Shown here: piece after piece, positions 24,995-34,500 of the stretch
Layout: each line of letters begins with the position of its first letter
Position numbering within the stretch: position 1 is the first letter of the stretch
IMG/VR virus record: IMGVR_UViG_3300030376_004823
Coordinates: 3,917-67,916 of that record
DNA: 64,000 nucleotides
Direction: 5' to 3' (one strand)
Origin: a virus
Lineage: Duplodnaviria; Caudoviricetes
Translations under genes and position numbers: made by a program
The notes under the pieces: generated by a model
What the model saw: only the letters and a program-made list of their open reading frames with translations
What the model was told of the DNA's origin: nothing
The model's database searches: none

Positions 24995-26899
24995 ATGAGC
25001 AAAGAAAAACTTACTCCATGGGGTGAGGTAGGATACCCCACGTTCAAGCGAACGTACTCTAGACCTACCGTAGATGGCAAAACTGAGGAGTGGCCCGAAA
25101 CCGTAGATCGGGTAGTAGAAGCATGCAACAATCAGCTTGGCTGTGGCTTTTCAGACATAGAGAAGCTTGAGCTTAGAGAGATAATGCTTGACCTCAAGGG
25201 TACTGTAGCTGGTAGGTTTCTGTGGCAACTAGGAACCAAGACCGTGGATCGCCTTGGACTGCCGTCACTTCAGAACTGCTCGTTTGTGGTGGTGGATGAG
25301 CCAATAAGACCCTTTACTTGGGCGTTCGAGATGCTCATGCTCGGTAGCGGCGTTGGGTTTAACATCCAGAGAGAGCACATTTACCAGCTCCCAAAGGTGG
25401 GGAAGAGGGTAACGATCGAGAGAAAGGACGAGAACGATGCTGACTTTATTGTCCCTGACTCTCGTGAAGGATGGGTAGAGCTGCTCGAAAGACTCCTTGA
25501 GTCGCACTTCTATCAAGACGGTTACGACGACAATGGGTTTACGTTTGCTACGCACCTGATCCGACCCAAGGGAGCTAAGATCGAAGGGTTCGGGGGTACG
25601 GCCAGCGGTAGTGAAGACCTAGTGTGGGGCATGATGGAGATCAATAAGATCCTGAACGCCAAGTCTGGACGTAGACTCTCTAGTGTCGATTGCCTTGACA
25701 TCATGAACATCATCGGTAAGATCGTGGTAGCTGGCAACGTTCGCAGATCTGCGCAGATTGCCCTAGGTGACTACGATGATATTGAGTACTTGAGGGCTAA
25801 GCGCTGGGACCTTGGAAACATTCCAAACTGGAGAGCTATGTCCAATAACTCAGTGGTTTGCAACGATGTATCTATGCTCCCAGACGAGTTTTGGGATGGG
25901 TATAAAGGTAACGGGGAGCCATACGGGCTCATCAACCTTGACGCTTCCAGAGCAATGGGGAGGACAGGAGAGACTGAGTACCCAGACCCAGACGTCATGG
26001 GGTTCAACCCATGTGCTGAGCAAAGCCTAGCCAACTACGAAACCTGCTGTCTTGCAGAAATCTATCTCCCCAACATAGAAAGCTACAGGGAATTGAGGAA
26101 GGTGTTGAGGTATCTGTATAGAGTCAACAAGCACAGCCTCTCGATCCCCTGCTCTCTAAAGGAGACTGAGGATATCGTGCATCAAAATATGCGGATGGGC
26201 ATAGGAGTTACTGGCTATCTTCAGGCAACAGAAGAGCAAAAGCTCTGGCTCTCTGACGCTTACACGTATATCAGGGCCTACGACGAAGAATATTCAAAGA
26301 CCCATGGCTTCCCTTGTTCCATTAAGATTACTACAGTTAAACCCTCTGGAACGCTGTCTCTACTTGCTGGTGTTACACCAGGAGCTCACCCTGGATATTC
26401 CCAATACTACATTAGACGAATCCGCATGGCGGCAGATAGCGAACTTGCACGAGTGGCTAGGTCTAATGGGTACCACGTAGAGTATGTACGCAACTTCGAT
26501 GGGACTGACGATCACAGCACAGTGGTAGTTAGCTTCCCTTGCTCTTTCCCTGAAACAACCAAGTTTGGAACGAATATGTCTGCTATAGATCAGCTTGAAG
26601 TCATTAAGAGGCTTCAGGCAGAATGGTCAGACAACTCGGTTTCTGTTACGATATACTACAGAAAGGAAGAGCTTGATGAGATTCGCATGTGGCTGGACAA
26701 CAACTACATGAATACTAAGTCTGTTTCCTTCCTCTTGCACAGCGATCATGGTTTCGATCAAGCGCCGATGGAGGAGATTACGAAAGAGAAGTATGATGAG
26801 ATGAAAGCTAGTGTCACCCCGATCACATCCTTGGACAGCATCTCGCTAGATGAGGTAGAGATCGACAGCTGCGACTCTGGAGCATGTCCCGTCCGATAA
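24995..26899 (+). CDS. nrdJ: Class II (adenosylcobalamin) monomeric ribonucleoside-triphosphate reductase
   Basis: LQNC, GFNPCAEQ, ETCCLAE, TVKPSGT and C-terminal CDSGACPVR; no R2 or NrdG partner gene. Confidence 0.92.
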   Translation: MSKEKLTPWGEVGYPTFKRTYSRPTVDGKTEEWPETVDRVVEACNNQLGCGFSDIEKLELREIMLDLKGTVAGRFLWQLGTKTVDRLGLPSLQNCSFVVVDEPIRPFTWAFEMLMLGSGVGFNIQREHIYQLPKVGKRVTIERKDENDADFIVPDSREGWVELLERLLESHFYQDGYDDNGFTFATHLIRPKGAKIEGFGGTASGSEDLVWGMMEINKILNAKSGRRLSSVDCLDIMNIIGKIVVAGNVRRSAQIALGDYDDIEYLRAKRWDLGNIPNWRAMSNNSVVCNDVSMLPDEFWDGYKGNGEPYGLINLDASRAMGRTGETEYPDPDVMGFNPCAEQSLANYETCCLAEIYLPNIESYRELRKVLRYLYRVNKHSLSIPCSLKETEDIVHQNMRMGIGVTGYLQATEEQKLWLSDAYTYIRAYDEEYSKTHGFPCSIKITTVKPSGTLSLLAGVTPGAHPGYSQYYIRRIRMAADSELARVARSNGYHVEYVRNFDGTDDHSTVVVSFPCSFPETTKFGTNMSAIDQLEVIKRLQAEWSDNSVSVTIYYRKEELDEIRMWLDNNYMNTKSVSFLLHSDHGFDQAPMEEITKEKYDEMKASVTPITSLDSISLDEVEIDSCDSGACPVR

Positions 26900-26934
26900 G
26901 CCAATGCTGGATTAGCCAGCTGTACTACTTTGAT

Positions 26935-26961
26935 AAGAGGGGCCCTTCGGGGCCCTTCTTT
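26935..26961. terminator. Bidirectional intrinsic terminator between the convergent blocks
   Basis: AAGAGGGGCCC-TTCG-GGGCCCTTCTT: 11-bp stem with a C(UUCG)G loop. Confidence 0.9.
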
Positions 26962-26962
26962 G

Positions 26963-27328
26963 TTAGAAGTCGCTCATAAGGGCTTCGTCAACAGCCTCTT
27001 GCACATCCTTTTTGGTGGCCTCCATAGACATCATAATGTTAGCCTGAAACCTGGTCACCTCGTCGCCGTTGTTAAACACCACGATGGTTGGGACCACTAC
27101 GATCTTATGCTTCTTCTGAAGGTCTGGATCAGTGACTATATCTACGCGAGACGTAACACAGTCGTTCAAAGACTCTATCCACTCAACGCTATTAGCGGAG
27201 TTAAAGCTGGCGTTAAACTCGACTACGCAAACGCCTTGGTTACAAACTGCTTTATCAGCAGGAGCGGCCACATAGGCAGCTCCCGACAATAGAACAAAGA
27301 ACGCAGCAAGGGCAAGAACAGTTTTCAT
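26963..27328 (-). CDS. Exported thioredoxin-fold protein lacking CxxC
   Basis: Signal peptide. VVEFNASFNSAN sits where WCxxC would be; cis-Pro motif VVPTIVVF retained. Confidence 0.7.
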   Translation of the reverse strand: MKTVLALAAFFVLLSGAAYVAAPADKAVCNQGVCVVEFNASFNSANSVEWIESLNDCVTSRVDIVTDPDLQKKHKIVVVPTIVVFNNGDEVTRFQANIMMSMEATKKDVQEAVDEALMSDF

Positions 27329-27336
27329 AATTCATA

Positions 27337-27621
27337 TCACTTCAGGTTATCTATTTTCTCTTCTATCCGTTTCATGTCTTCCTTTATCTCGGCGACATCT
27401 TCTTGGGTAGTCATAATAGTTTGACGCACGAGCTGGTCCTTCATATCAAACTCCATTCTGGTAATCTCTGGATCGGGGGGTAAGGGTAGAACCTTTGCTT
27501 CAGCTATGTCTGCCTGTAAAGCAAACCACATGGCGATAATTGATCCAAGCCCCGCTGTAGCCATCCCTATTGTCTTCAAGTCTACTGTGACTTTTGTGTC
27601 CTCCCCGATTTGATTCGCCAT
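27337..27621 (-). CDS. Single-TM protein with C-terminal coiled coil
   Basis: TM segment IGMATAGLGSIIAMWFAL; heptads QEDVAEIKEDMKRIEEKIDNLK. Confidence 0.7.
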   Translation of the reverse strand: MANQIGEDTKVTVDLKTIGMATAGLGSIIAMWFALQADIAEAKVLPLPPDPEITRMEFDMKDQLVRQTIMTTQEDVAEIKEDMKRIEEKIDNLK

Positions 27622-27622
27622 C

Positions 27623-28660
27623 TCAAAGTATTACGTAGTTTATGCCTACGGAGAAGTCGTGCCAAACCCTATCCCAATACTTGTTGTATTTACCCTCTAG
27701 GAAGACACCAAAACTCCTGCTGAAGCGTCTCCCAAAGATAAGGCCCCCAGAGTAATCAATCCATTGGTCGTCATTAACGAACCGCTGGTATGCGTATTCG
27801 CTCTGTGAGTCAAGGTGGACGGGCATTACGTTACCCCAGCTGTGCATCCAGAAGTCATCTGTGTAGTGATAGAAATCAAATCCGATAACTAAAGAATGGT
27901 TCCATTGGTCGGGTAGTTCAGACCTTTTTCTATTTACATAATCGCTCAAGACCTCAGGTATAATAACCTCCTCCCAAACCTCAGAGCTGGTTGCTACGAC
28001 ATCGCCGCTGGGAGAAAAGAACTCCCCTGTGTTTACGTTCACCTCATACCCTTCTTGGATGGCAAGGAAAGTATAGTGAAGCTGATCATTATTAAGAAGC
28101 CACTCGTTGAGCGGATCGTAGCCATAAGGCTCAGAAACCCTCTGTACGGCCCCTACATTCAATGAAAGTTTGCCCCCCAGGTTTACACGAAGTCTTTGCG
28201 ACCCCTCAAAATACCTTACATCAGCAAACCCATCTTGAAGAAACTCTACTTTGGCGATCCAGTTGTTGCTCACGTACCTCAAGAAGTAGTCTTGATCTAG
28301 GTAATTGACCCCCTGCTGGCGCCTGTAGTCGCCCTCAAACAGAAACTCGAAACCCTTTACCTTCCCTATCGTAGCGGCATCCCCATAAGACTTCTCTGTC
28401 CCGTCATAGAATACGTTGGCTCGGTTCTCGTATCCAAACCTAGCGATCTTCCTTATCCCTGCGGTGAATGAGTAGTCAAATGGAGTTTTAGTTATGTCTG
28501 TCTGCAATCCGTTATTGAGGGAGAACACTTCAGAATCTGACAATGAGTTTCCCCCGCTAAATGCAGTGTAGAATGTCGCAAACTTGAGCGCCTTCTTGAA
28601 CGTCTGACCCTGACAACCAAATGAAAGGAGGATCAGTATTAGTGCTATAATCTGTTTCAT
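27623..28660 (-). CDS. Putative outer-membrane beta-barrel protein
   Basis: Signal or lipoprotein-like leader (LLSFGC); many alternating amphipathic strands; ends DFSVGINYVIL. Confidence 0.65.
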   Translation of the reverse strand: MKQIIALILILLSFGCQGQTFKKALKFATFYTAFSGGNSLSDSEVFSLNNGLQTDITKTPFDYSFTAGIRKIARFGYENRANVFYDGTEKSYGDAATIGKVKGFEFLFEGDYRRQQGVNYLDQDYFLRYVSNNWIAKVEFLQDGFADVRYFEGSQRLRVNLGGKLSLNVGAVQRVSEPYGYDPLNEWLLNNDQLHYTFLAIQEGYEVNVNTGEFFSPSGDVVATSSEVWEEVIIPEVLSDYVNRKRSELPDQWNHSLVIGFDFYHYTDDFWMHSWGNVMPVHLDSQSEYAYQRFVNDDQWIDYSGGLIFGRRFSRSFGVFLEGKYNKYWDRVWHDFSVGINYVIL

Positions 28661-31065
28661 TGCTTCACTATTCTTTTTCTTGTAACCCTACCTCCGTGAC
28701 GAATGACAATCTGGTAGGTAGAGCTTGGAAGGTGAGTAAGGTCAATCCCGTAACTTGTGATTACCGCATCAACTCTTTGACCTGTAAGGGAGTAAACCTC
28801 CGCCTCAAACCCCTGTGGAGAGTGGACTATAACCTGTCCGCTTGTTGGGTTGGGTAAAACCCTTATTGAGTACTCGCTTTCCGATACATCGGTAACCCCC
28901 ATCTCGCAGTAAGAGTACATCTCCTGACACACCCCATCCCACTCCTGATTGCAGCAGTAGGGGTCCACGTCGATTACCCATAGATAGCAATAGTCGTTAG
29001 CCCAATAAGGGTCTCCAGGATCTCCAATGCACCCAGCGTCATACAAGCAAGACTCGTTGTCTGGTGTGTTGGCCTCTGAGTCGTAGTTGAATGCGTCTAT
29101 GTCCATGCACCCAACAACCACTGGGATGCAGCTACCGTTATCTACGTTGGCCTCCTCCTGGAAGTTAAGCGCCTCAGGATCAGTGCACCCGAACAAAGCA
29201 AGAGTAGAACAGCTTCCGTCATCATAGTCAGCCTCGTATCCCTGAGTGTAGTATTCCAAGTATCCAGCCTGAGTGCATCCTGCAGCGTAGTAACAACTCT
29301 CGTCTTCAGTGTTAGCTAACTCACTGTAGTTCTGTGCGTTAGAGTCCATACACCCATATACAAACTCTTCACAAAGGTTTCCGCAGTATGTTGTGGCTGT
29401 GTAGATATATGGGAATGGAATTACGCTCCATTGAGAAACGTCTAGAATCTCATCCCCAGACGGTCCGTCAAGCGTAAACCCGCACTGAGCTACAGTAAAT
29501 AGAGACTGCGGGGTAGAGAAAAAATAAAGCTCAACTTCTTCATTGGAAGCCAAGTAGAGGTCAAAGGATTTGCTTATCCCGTCTTCTGGACCCATCTGGT
29601 ATTGTGGCGATAGCCAGTCCCCTTGCTTCAATCCTACCCAACTACCAAACCATCCGTCACCAACTCCGTCAGTAAGGGTTAGCGTGTAAACACAAGAGTC
29701 TGGTTGCTCCTCTACGTTAGCCTCTGGGCTGTAGTTGTAGTACGCCGTGTCTATACATCCGTACACCACTGGGGTTTCGCAAAGCAAATCAACAAACACG
29801 GTGGCATCTGGGTTGTACTCCAGATAGTCTGGATCTCCGCACCCCACCAAGTCCTCTATGTTTTGACACACAGGAGCAGGGAAAGAAGCCTCTATGTTGT
29901 AGCCAAAGTTTGTGCTTTCTGTTGGTAGTGACCATATCTCTTCACCACAGGCTTCCACTATCACTGTTCCATCCTCTCCGCCCCACTGAGATCCATTCAT
30001 CCCGTCACCATACGAGTCTAAGACAAGGATTTGAATTTCACTCCCTATAGATACGCAAGTGTTTGTTACAATCGGTATCCCCATGGGGGCGCCAGATAGG
30101 TCTCCTGTGTTGACTGAGGTTATAATTCCCCCTTGAGTTAGGTCTACTAGACCCCAAGCGGTTTCTGCTGGGTAGTTGTCTGGAATTACAGTTACAGAAA
30201 CCTCCGTCTCGGTTACGCTGCAGTTAGCGGACTCCACTACGTTGCACCCTTGATTAAAGTTAGCCCAGGGATTGTAGTTCGTGGCTGTAGAGTCGGTACA
30301 CCCAACTACAGATCCACAAGGAAAACAGCTCTCCCAACAAAATGTAGGGAGCGTCATTGCCCCCTCTACATTTAAGGTTCTGTTTACGAACCCCCATTCA
30401 TCAAACAGGAAGCAAGGGGAGTTTATTACTCCTGCTGGCATTTCTTGATACGTCCAATCATCCGCAGAAAACTTCCAGAGGTGATTGCCTAGCGGCATGT
30501 CAATGGTAACCTCCCATATCTCATCCCCGTCTAAGTCTTGCATTTGATTGCATCCACCGCACCACCCGTTCCAGCTTGTGTTTACCTCTGGGGTGACGAT
30601 ATCCTCTGGGTGCGGACCATTTAAATCCAACCTAAACCTTACGCTATATAGGCAGAAGTCATCAATAATCGCTAAAGGGTCGAAGTTGCTTGCCTCTTCA
30701 TCCATGCACCCAACAACTGGAGGGGGGCAAGGGAGTAGGTTGAACGGGACTTCCATTTGAGCAGAAGCGAAGTCATACACTCCGATGTCTAACCCGCAGC
30801 TGTTAGTCAGGGTAAAGAACCCCTCCCCGTACTGGCAGCATATTCCGTCACCAAACTCGTCGTATGCTACGAATGTATACTCACCAGCAGGTAGGTTAAT
30901 CAAAACCTCTTCTGCCACCCCTGAGGCCACAACGTTAGTGTCAGACAGTATCTCCCATGAGCTTTCGTCAGCGTATTGATCGGAAACAAAGTTTACGTTC
31001 ACCCAGCTCCCCTGAGCCATCATAGAAAAAGGGAGTAGTAGAAGTAGAGTTAGGAGTCTGTTCAT
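28657..31065 (-). CDS. T9SS type-A cargo: D..GDG beta domains, CBM48/20-like module, eight GCxD..A.NY repeats, Por-secretion tail
   Basis: Signal peptide. C-terminus IRVLPNPTSG...VYSLTGQ...IDLTHLPSSTY...KRIVKQ is a typical type-A CTD. Confidence 0.88.
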   Translation of the reverse strand: MNRLLTLLLLLPFSMMAQGSWVNVNFVSDQYADESSWEILSDTNVVASGVAEEVLINLPAGEYTFVAYDEFGDGICCQYGEGFFTLTNSCGLDIGVYDFASAQMEVPFNLLPCPPPVVGCMDEEASNFDPLAIIDDFCLYSVRFRLDLNGPHPEDIVTPEVNTSWNGWCGGCNQMQDLDGDEIWEVTIDMPLGNHLWKFSADDWTYQEMPAGVINSPCFLFDEWGFVNRTLNVEGAMTLPTFCWESCFPCGSVVGCTDSTATNYNPWANFNQGCNVVESANCSVTETEVSVTVIPDNYPAETAWGLVDLTQGGIITSVNTGDLSGAPMGIPIVTNTCVSIGSEIQILVLDSYGDGMNGSQWGGEDGTVIVEACGEEIWSLPTESTNFGYNIEASFPAPVCQNIEDLVGCGDPDYLEYNPDATVFVDLLCETPVVYGCIDTAYYNYSPEANVEEQPDSCVYTLTLTDGVGDGWFGSWVGLKQGDWLSPQYQMGPEDGISKSFDLYLASNEEVELYFFSTPQSLFTVAQCGFTLDGPSGDEILDVSQWSVIPFPYIYTATTYCGNLCEEFVYGCMDSNAQNYSELANTEDESCYYAAGCTQAGYLEYYTQGYEADYDDGSCSTLALFGCTDPEALNFQEEANVDNGSCIPVVVGCMDIDAFNYDSEANTPDNESCLYDAGCIGDPGDPYWANDYCYLWVIDVDPYCCNQEWDGVCQEMYSYCEMGVTDVSESEYSIRVLPNPTSGQVIVHSPQGFEAEVYSLTGQRVDAVITSYGIDLTHLPSSTYQIVIRHGGRVTRKRIVKQ

Positions 31066-31508
31066 TTTTTGGACTTTTCTATAGTTCTTCCTGCGAAGTA
31101 TGCACCAAATGCAGTGAGCATAAGTATCTGAAGCAGATCTACATAGCTGTCCTTTACGTTGAAGGGCCAGTTGTCCATGCTGTCAGCAACCATCGTAAGC
31201 ATAAACATCACCATAAGTGAGATTAGAGTGATGGGGCGAATTAGCTTAGCGAGCTTTACGTCACTCCCCATATCCGCTTTCCATCGCTCGGTCACTTGCT
31301 TTTGGGCCTCCACTTCTTGCTGCTGCTTTAGCTTCTCAAACTCCAACTTGTCCTCCATGGATACGTCTGGCTCCTTGTCCACTAGGTTTTTTACCACCCC
31401 CAGAACTCCTTTTTCTGGAAGTAAATCCCCAACCTTCTCTGCCAGCGCGGGAACCTTAGTGCTCAACCAGGCCCCTAGCGCCGTGTCTTTAATCTTCTTT
31501 CCGCTCAT
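31062..31508 (-). CDS. Putative holin
   Basis: Two C-terminal TM helices ending FGAYFAGRTIEKSKK. Start moved to ATG 31508. Confidence 0.65.
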   Translation of the reverse strand: MSGKKIKDTALGAWLSTKVPALAEKVGDLLPEKGVLGVVKNLVDKEPDVSMEDKLEFEKLKQQQEVEAQKQVTERWKADMGSDVKLAKLIRPITLISLMVMFMLTMVADSMDNWPFNVKDSYVDLLQILMLTAFGAYFAGRTIEKSKK

Positions 31509-34500
31509 TGTCGTATATCTCTTGTAGTATGTCAAGCAAAACCTTTGTGTGGTTTCTAAACTGCCCTCTGCTTATCTCTATGGCGCTGTTGTAGTTTCCA
31601 GCTATGTCGTTGAGCGCTTCTATCTTCTCTTCATCGTCCATCTTCGCGTACTTTTCCGTGGCCATAAAAGCCTCCACTTCCTTGTACCGCTCTTTGCCCG
31701 ATGCCGCCATTAGCCTGTTCATCTGCTCTGTATTCAGATAAACTCTCTCGGCCATAAAGTCATTGTCTTTAGTCCAAGTGTAGTCCTTGTTCATTCTGGA
31801 TATCATAGCGAGATGCTTCTTCTTAATGTTCGGGACATTCATCTTTCTCTTCTCTGCATACCCAGGAGTTCCTACCACCTTGGTCAAGTCTTCGGTCTGC
31901 TCGTAAAGCCTGTATATTTCGTTGGACACTGAGTCCGCCTCACCCTGACGAGACTTAGTGATATCGAAGAGCTGATATGCAATTCCGTTGTTGCCTCTGG
32001 GGGTCTGCTTAATTGGCTCTCCCTTCCAGTTGACTCTAACTGGGACGTCACCCAAACCAAAGGTTCTGTCCTTGATGGTGTATGCCATCCTCTCAACAAG
32101 CCTTTCTCCAAGGCTCATGTCCTTTGTGATCCTTGTGTCTGGCAGATACTCTCTCGTGCCCCTGTATATCGCACTAAGCGTGTTGGGGAAGGCGGTAGCA
32201 GAAACAGCTTGGAATGTGGTTCTAAACCAGTTCTCGAAGTTCTTCTCGAAGTCAGTAGCGTCAGCAGAAGAGATAACATCTACGAGCGTGTTCATTCCTT
32301 GCATGAAGCTCTGGTCCATCATATATGCAATGGAGGAGAACGCACCCACGCCGAACGAATCTTGCAGTGCGTGGATCGGGAAGTCGAGACCGCTGTAGTC
32401 TCTCTTCTTCAGCTCCTCCTTATCTGCACCCTTTATGATTGCACCCATGATGGCCCCCATCACGCCCAGCTTTGTATACGAAATAAACCTGTCGTCGGGC
32501 TGCTTAGTAGCATCTCCTCCAGACATAAATCTTTGAAGCCCAGTTACATTGATGCTGTTCGGTGGGAACTGATCGTAAGCTAGGTTCTTTTCTTCATCCT
32601 CATCCCACTCTATAGCACCAGAGATCAACCCCTCTTTTAGGAGCATTACTGCCGTCTGAGACACCATGCTTCCAACGACCAGCTTACCGAAGTTTTGAGC
32701 AGCCTCACGAGCGTCTCCATTCTGGAGGTTCTTCATGATTCTCGGACCAGCGATGTACGGAGACACGTAGGTAAGGGTATCGATCAGAATGTTCGCAGGA
32801 GTCCTTACGTAAGGTAAGTTGGATCTAATCAAGAACTTAGCCATAGCCCTGCCGTCCGCTCCAGGAATCCAGTCAAACGCCTTGGTAAACATTCTCTCAA
32901 AGAATGAAACCGCATCCTCTGCAGCCTTAGATGCTCCAGTCTGCTCCTGATAAGTGAGCTTTCTGCCCTCTCTTGCGGCTGCTTCCTGAGCCCTCTTAGT
33001 TGGATGCTTAATAAACTGAGCAAGGGATTCTCCTTCAAGGCCCTGTGCGACACCAGCTTGATAAAGCTCAATGCCCTCAACCCCCCTCCTGAAAGGAACG
33101 TCACCCAAAGACAGGAATCGGAACATGACTTCAGCTGGAATGCCAAGAGTACCTTGAACCAATAGCTTTAGCCTTTGACTTAAAGGCGCTTTTCCATCTG
33201 GCCCCATAGGTAGGTCTCCCTTACCCATGGCTGAAGCAAGAGATCTAAAGGGGGCAAAACCCCTGTGTACTCTCCACTCTGAAACATCTTTTTCTTGACC
33301 CGTAACGATGCCGTCCAGGGCTTCAACAAAACCAGAACCGAACTTTCTTATGCCGTACATATAAGCATTAATAGAATAGTTCCTTTTCATCGGAGACTCG
33401 ATACCAAACATGTTGATCAGCCTTTCTATTGGAAGAGCTATTGCGTCTACACCAATCTTTCCGATCGCATTGATCATGTTTGCCCCTACGTTCGTAATCT
33501 GAGACATCGGAGTAAGAAGGTTGCCCTGAATAAGCATGGTTCCGATCTGGCCCCACCCCCTTTCAATAACCCCGTTTGCAAATGTGTCTAACCTGCGTTC
33601 AGCGTCCTTTACCTCTTCCGTTTTGTTTTTAAGCTCAACGTCAACGTCTTCACCAGAGATCGCCCTCCTCACGAGGTCTTCGTGTTCGGCCTGAAGTCGA
33701 AACAAGTCTCCAGACATGTCTTGTAGCCTAGCTTGTTGTTCTGAGCTTAGGCTGTTCCCCCTTCTTTCTACCTCTCTTTTTATAATAGCCTCAATTCCAG
33801 CTGGAGACGCGGACTTTAGTTCTCTAAAGTGCCTAAGAAGTCTACCAGCGGTAGTTCCGATTGCGGCAGCCTCAGCAATGATATCGGGAATAGCGTCGAG
33901 TTCCCCCCTCGCTACCGCCCTGCTTATCATTTCCGCAGAAGCCAATACACCGAGATCGTCGTTTCTTTCTTGTAGTCTTCCTAAACCATCCCCCGTCATA
34001 ATGTGGATCAACTCTGCATCAGTCATATCCTTTAGGTCCGCTTTCAGGTCTTTTAAAATCTGAGGGGAGAAGTAATTCCTTGGGTTTTCAAGTATCTGCT
34101 TTTTTACAGTGGTAAACCTTCTCGCATTACGACCAGCAGTTCTTCTCAGTTTAAGCATACCAGATGCCATTTCGTCTGCCCGAAGCATGTTCTCCGCAAC
34201 CTCGCTTTCGTTGAGAGCAACCCTGGATTCTATGGGCATGTTGTCGTAGGCCTCCTCTAGGTCACGTCTGTTTTGAAACTCGATTCCATTTCTCTTGGAG
34301 AAAGCCTCAAACCTAGAAACAGCCCTGTCGTACTTCGGGCCTCGCTTTACCCTTTTCCCTCTTTGCTCCTCAGTCTCCATTCTACCTCTATCCAAAATCG
34401 GATCGTCGAAGGCGTAGTACTCGATATCGCCCCTCAAGTAAACCACACTCCCCACTATAGTCGCTTCAGAAGCAGACTTTATTGCACGACCAGATGCGTC

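Noticed and set aside
24995-26899. Inteins or introns in nrdJ or terL
   Set aside because: Lengths are typical and motifs contiguous; no intein HN-C junctions or LAGLIDADG motifs seen.
27623-28660. Beta-barrel as a PorP/SprF partner of the type-B cargo
   Set aside because: The PorP N-terminal signature (Q..NPA..G) is not visible, and the gene is linked to the type-A rather than the type-B cargo. Left as an unassigned barrel.
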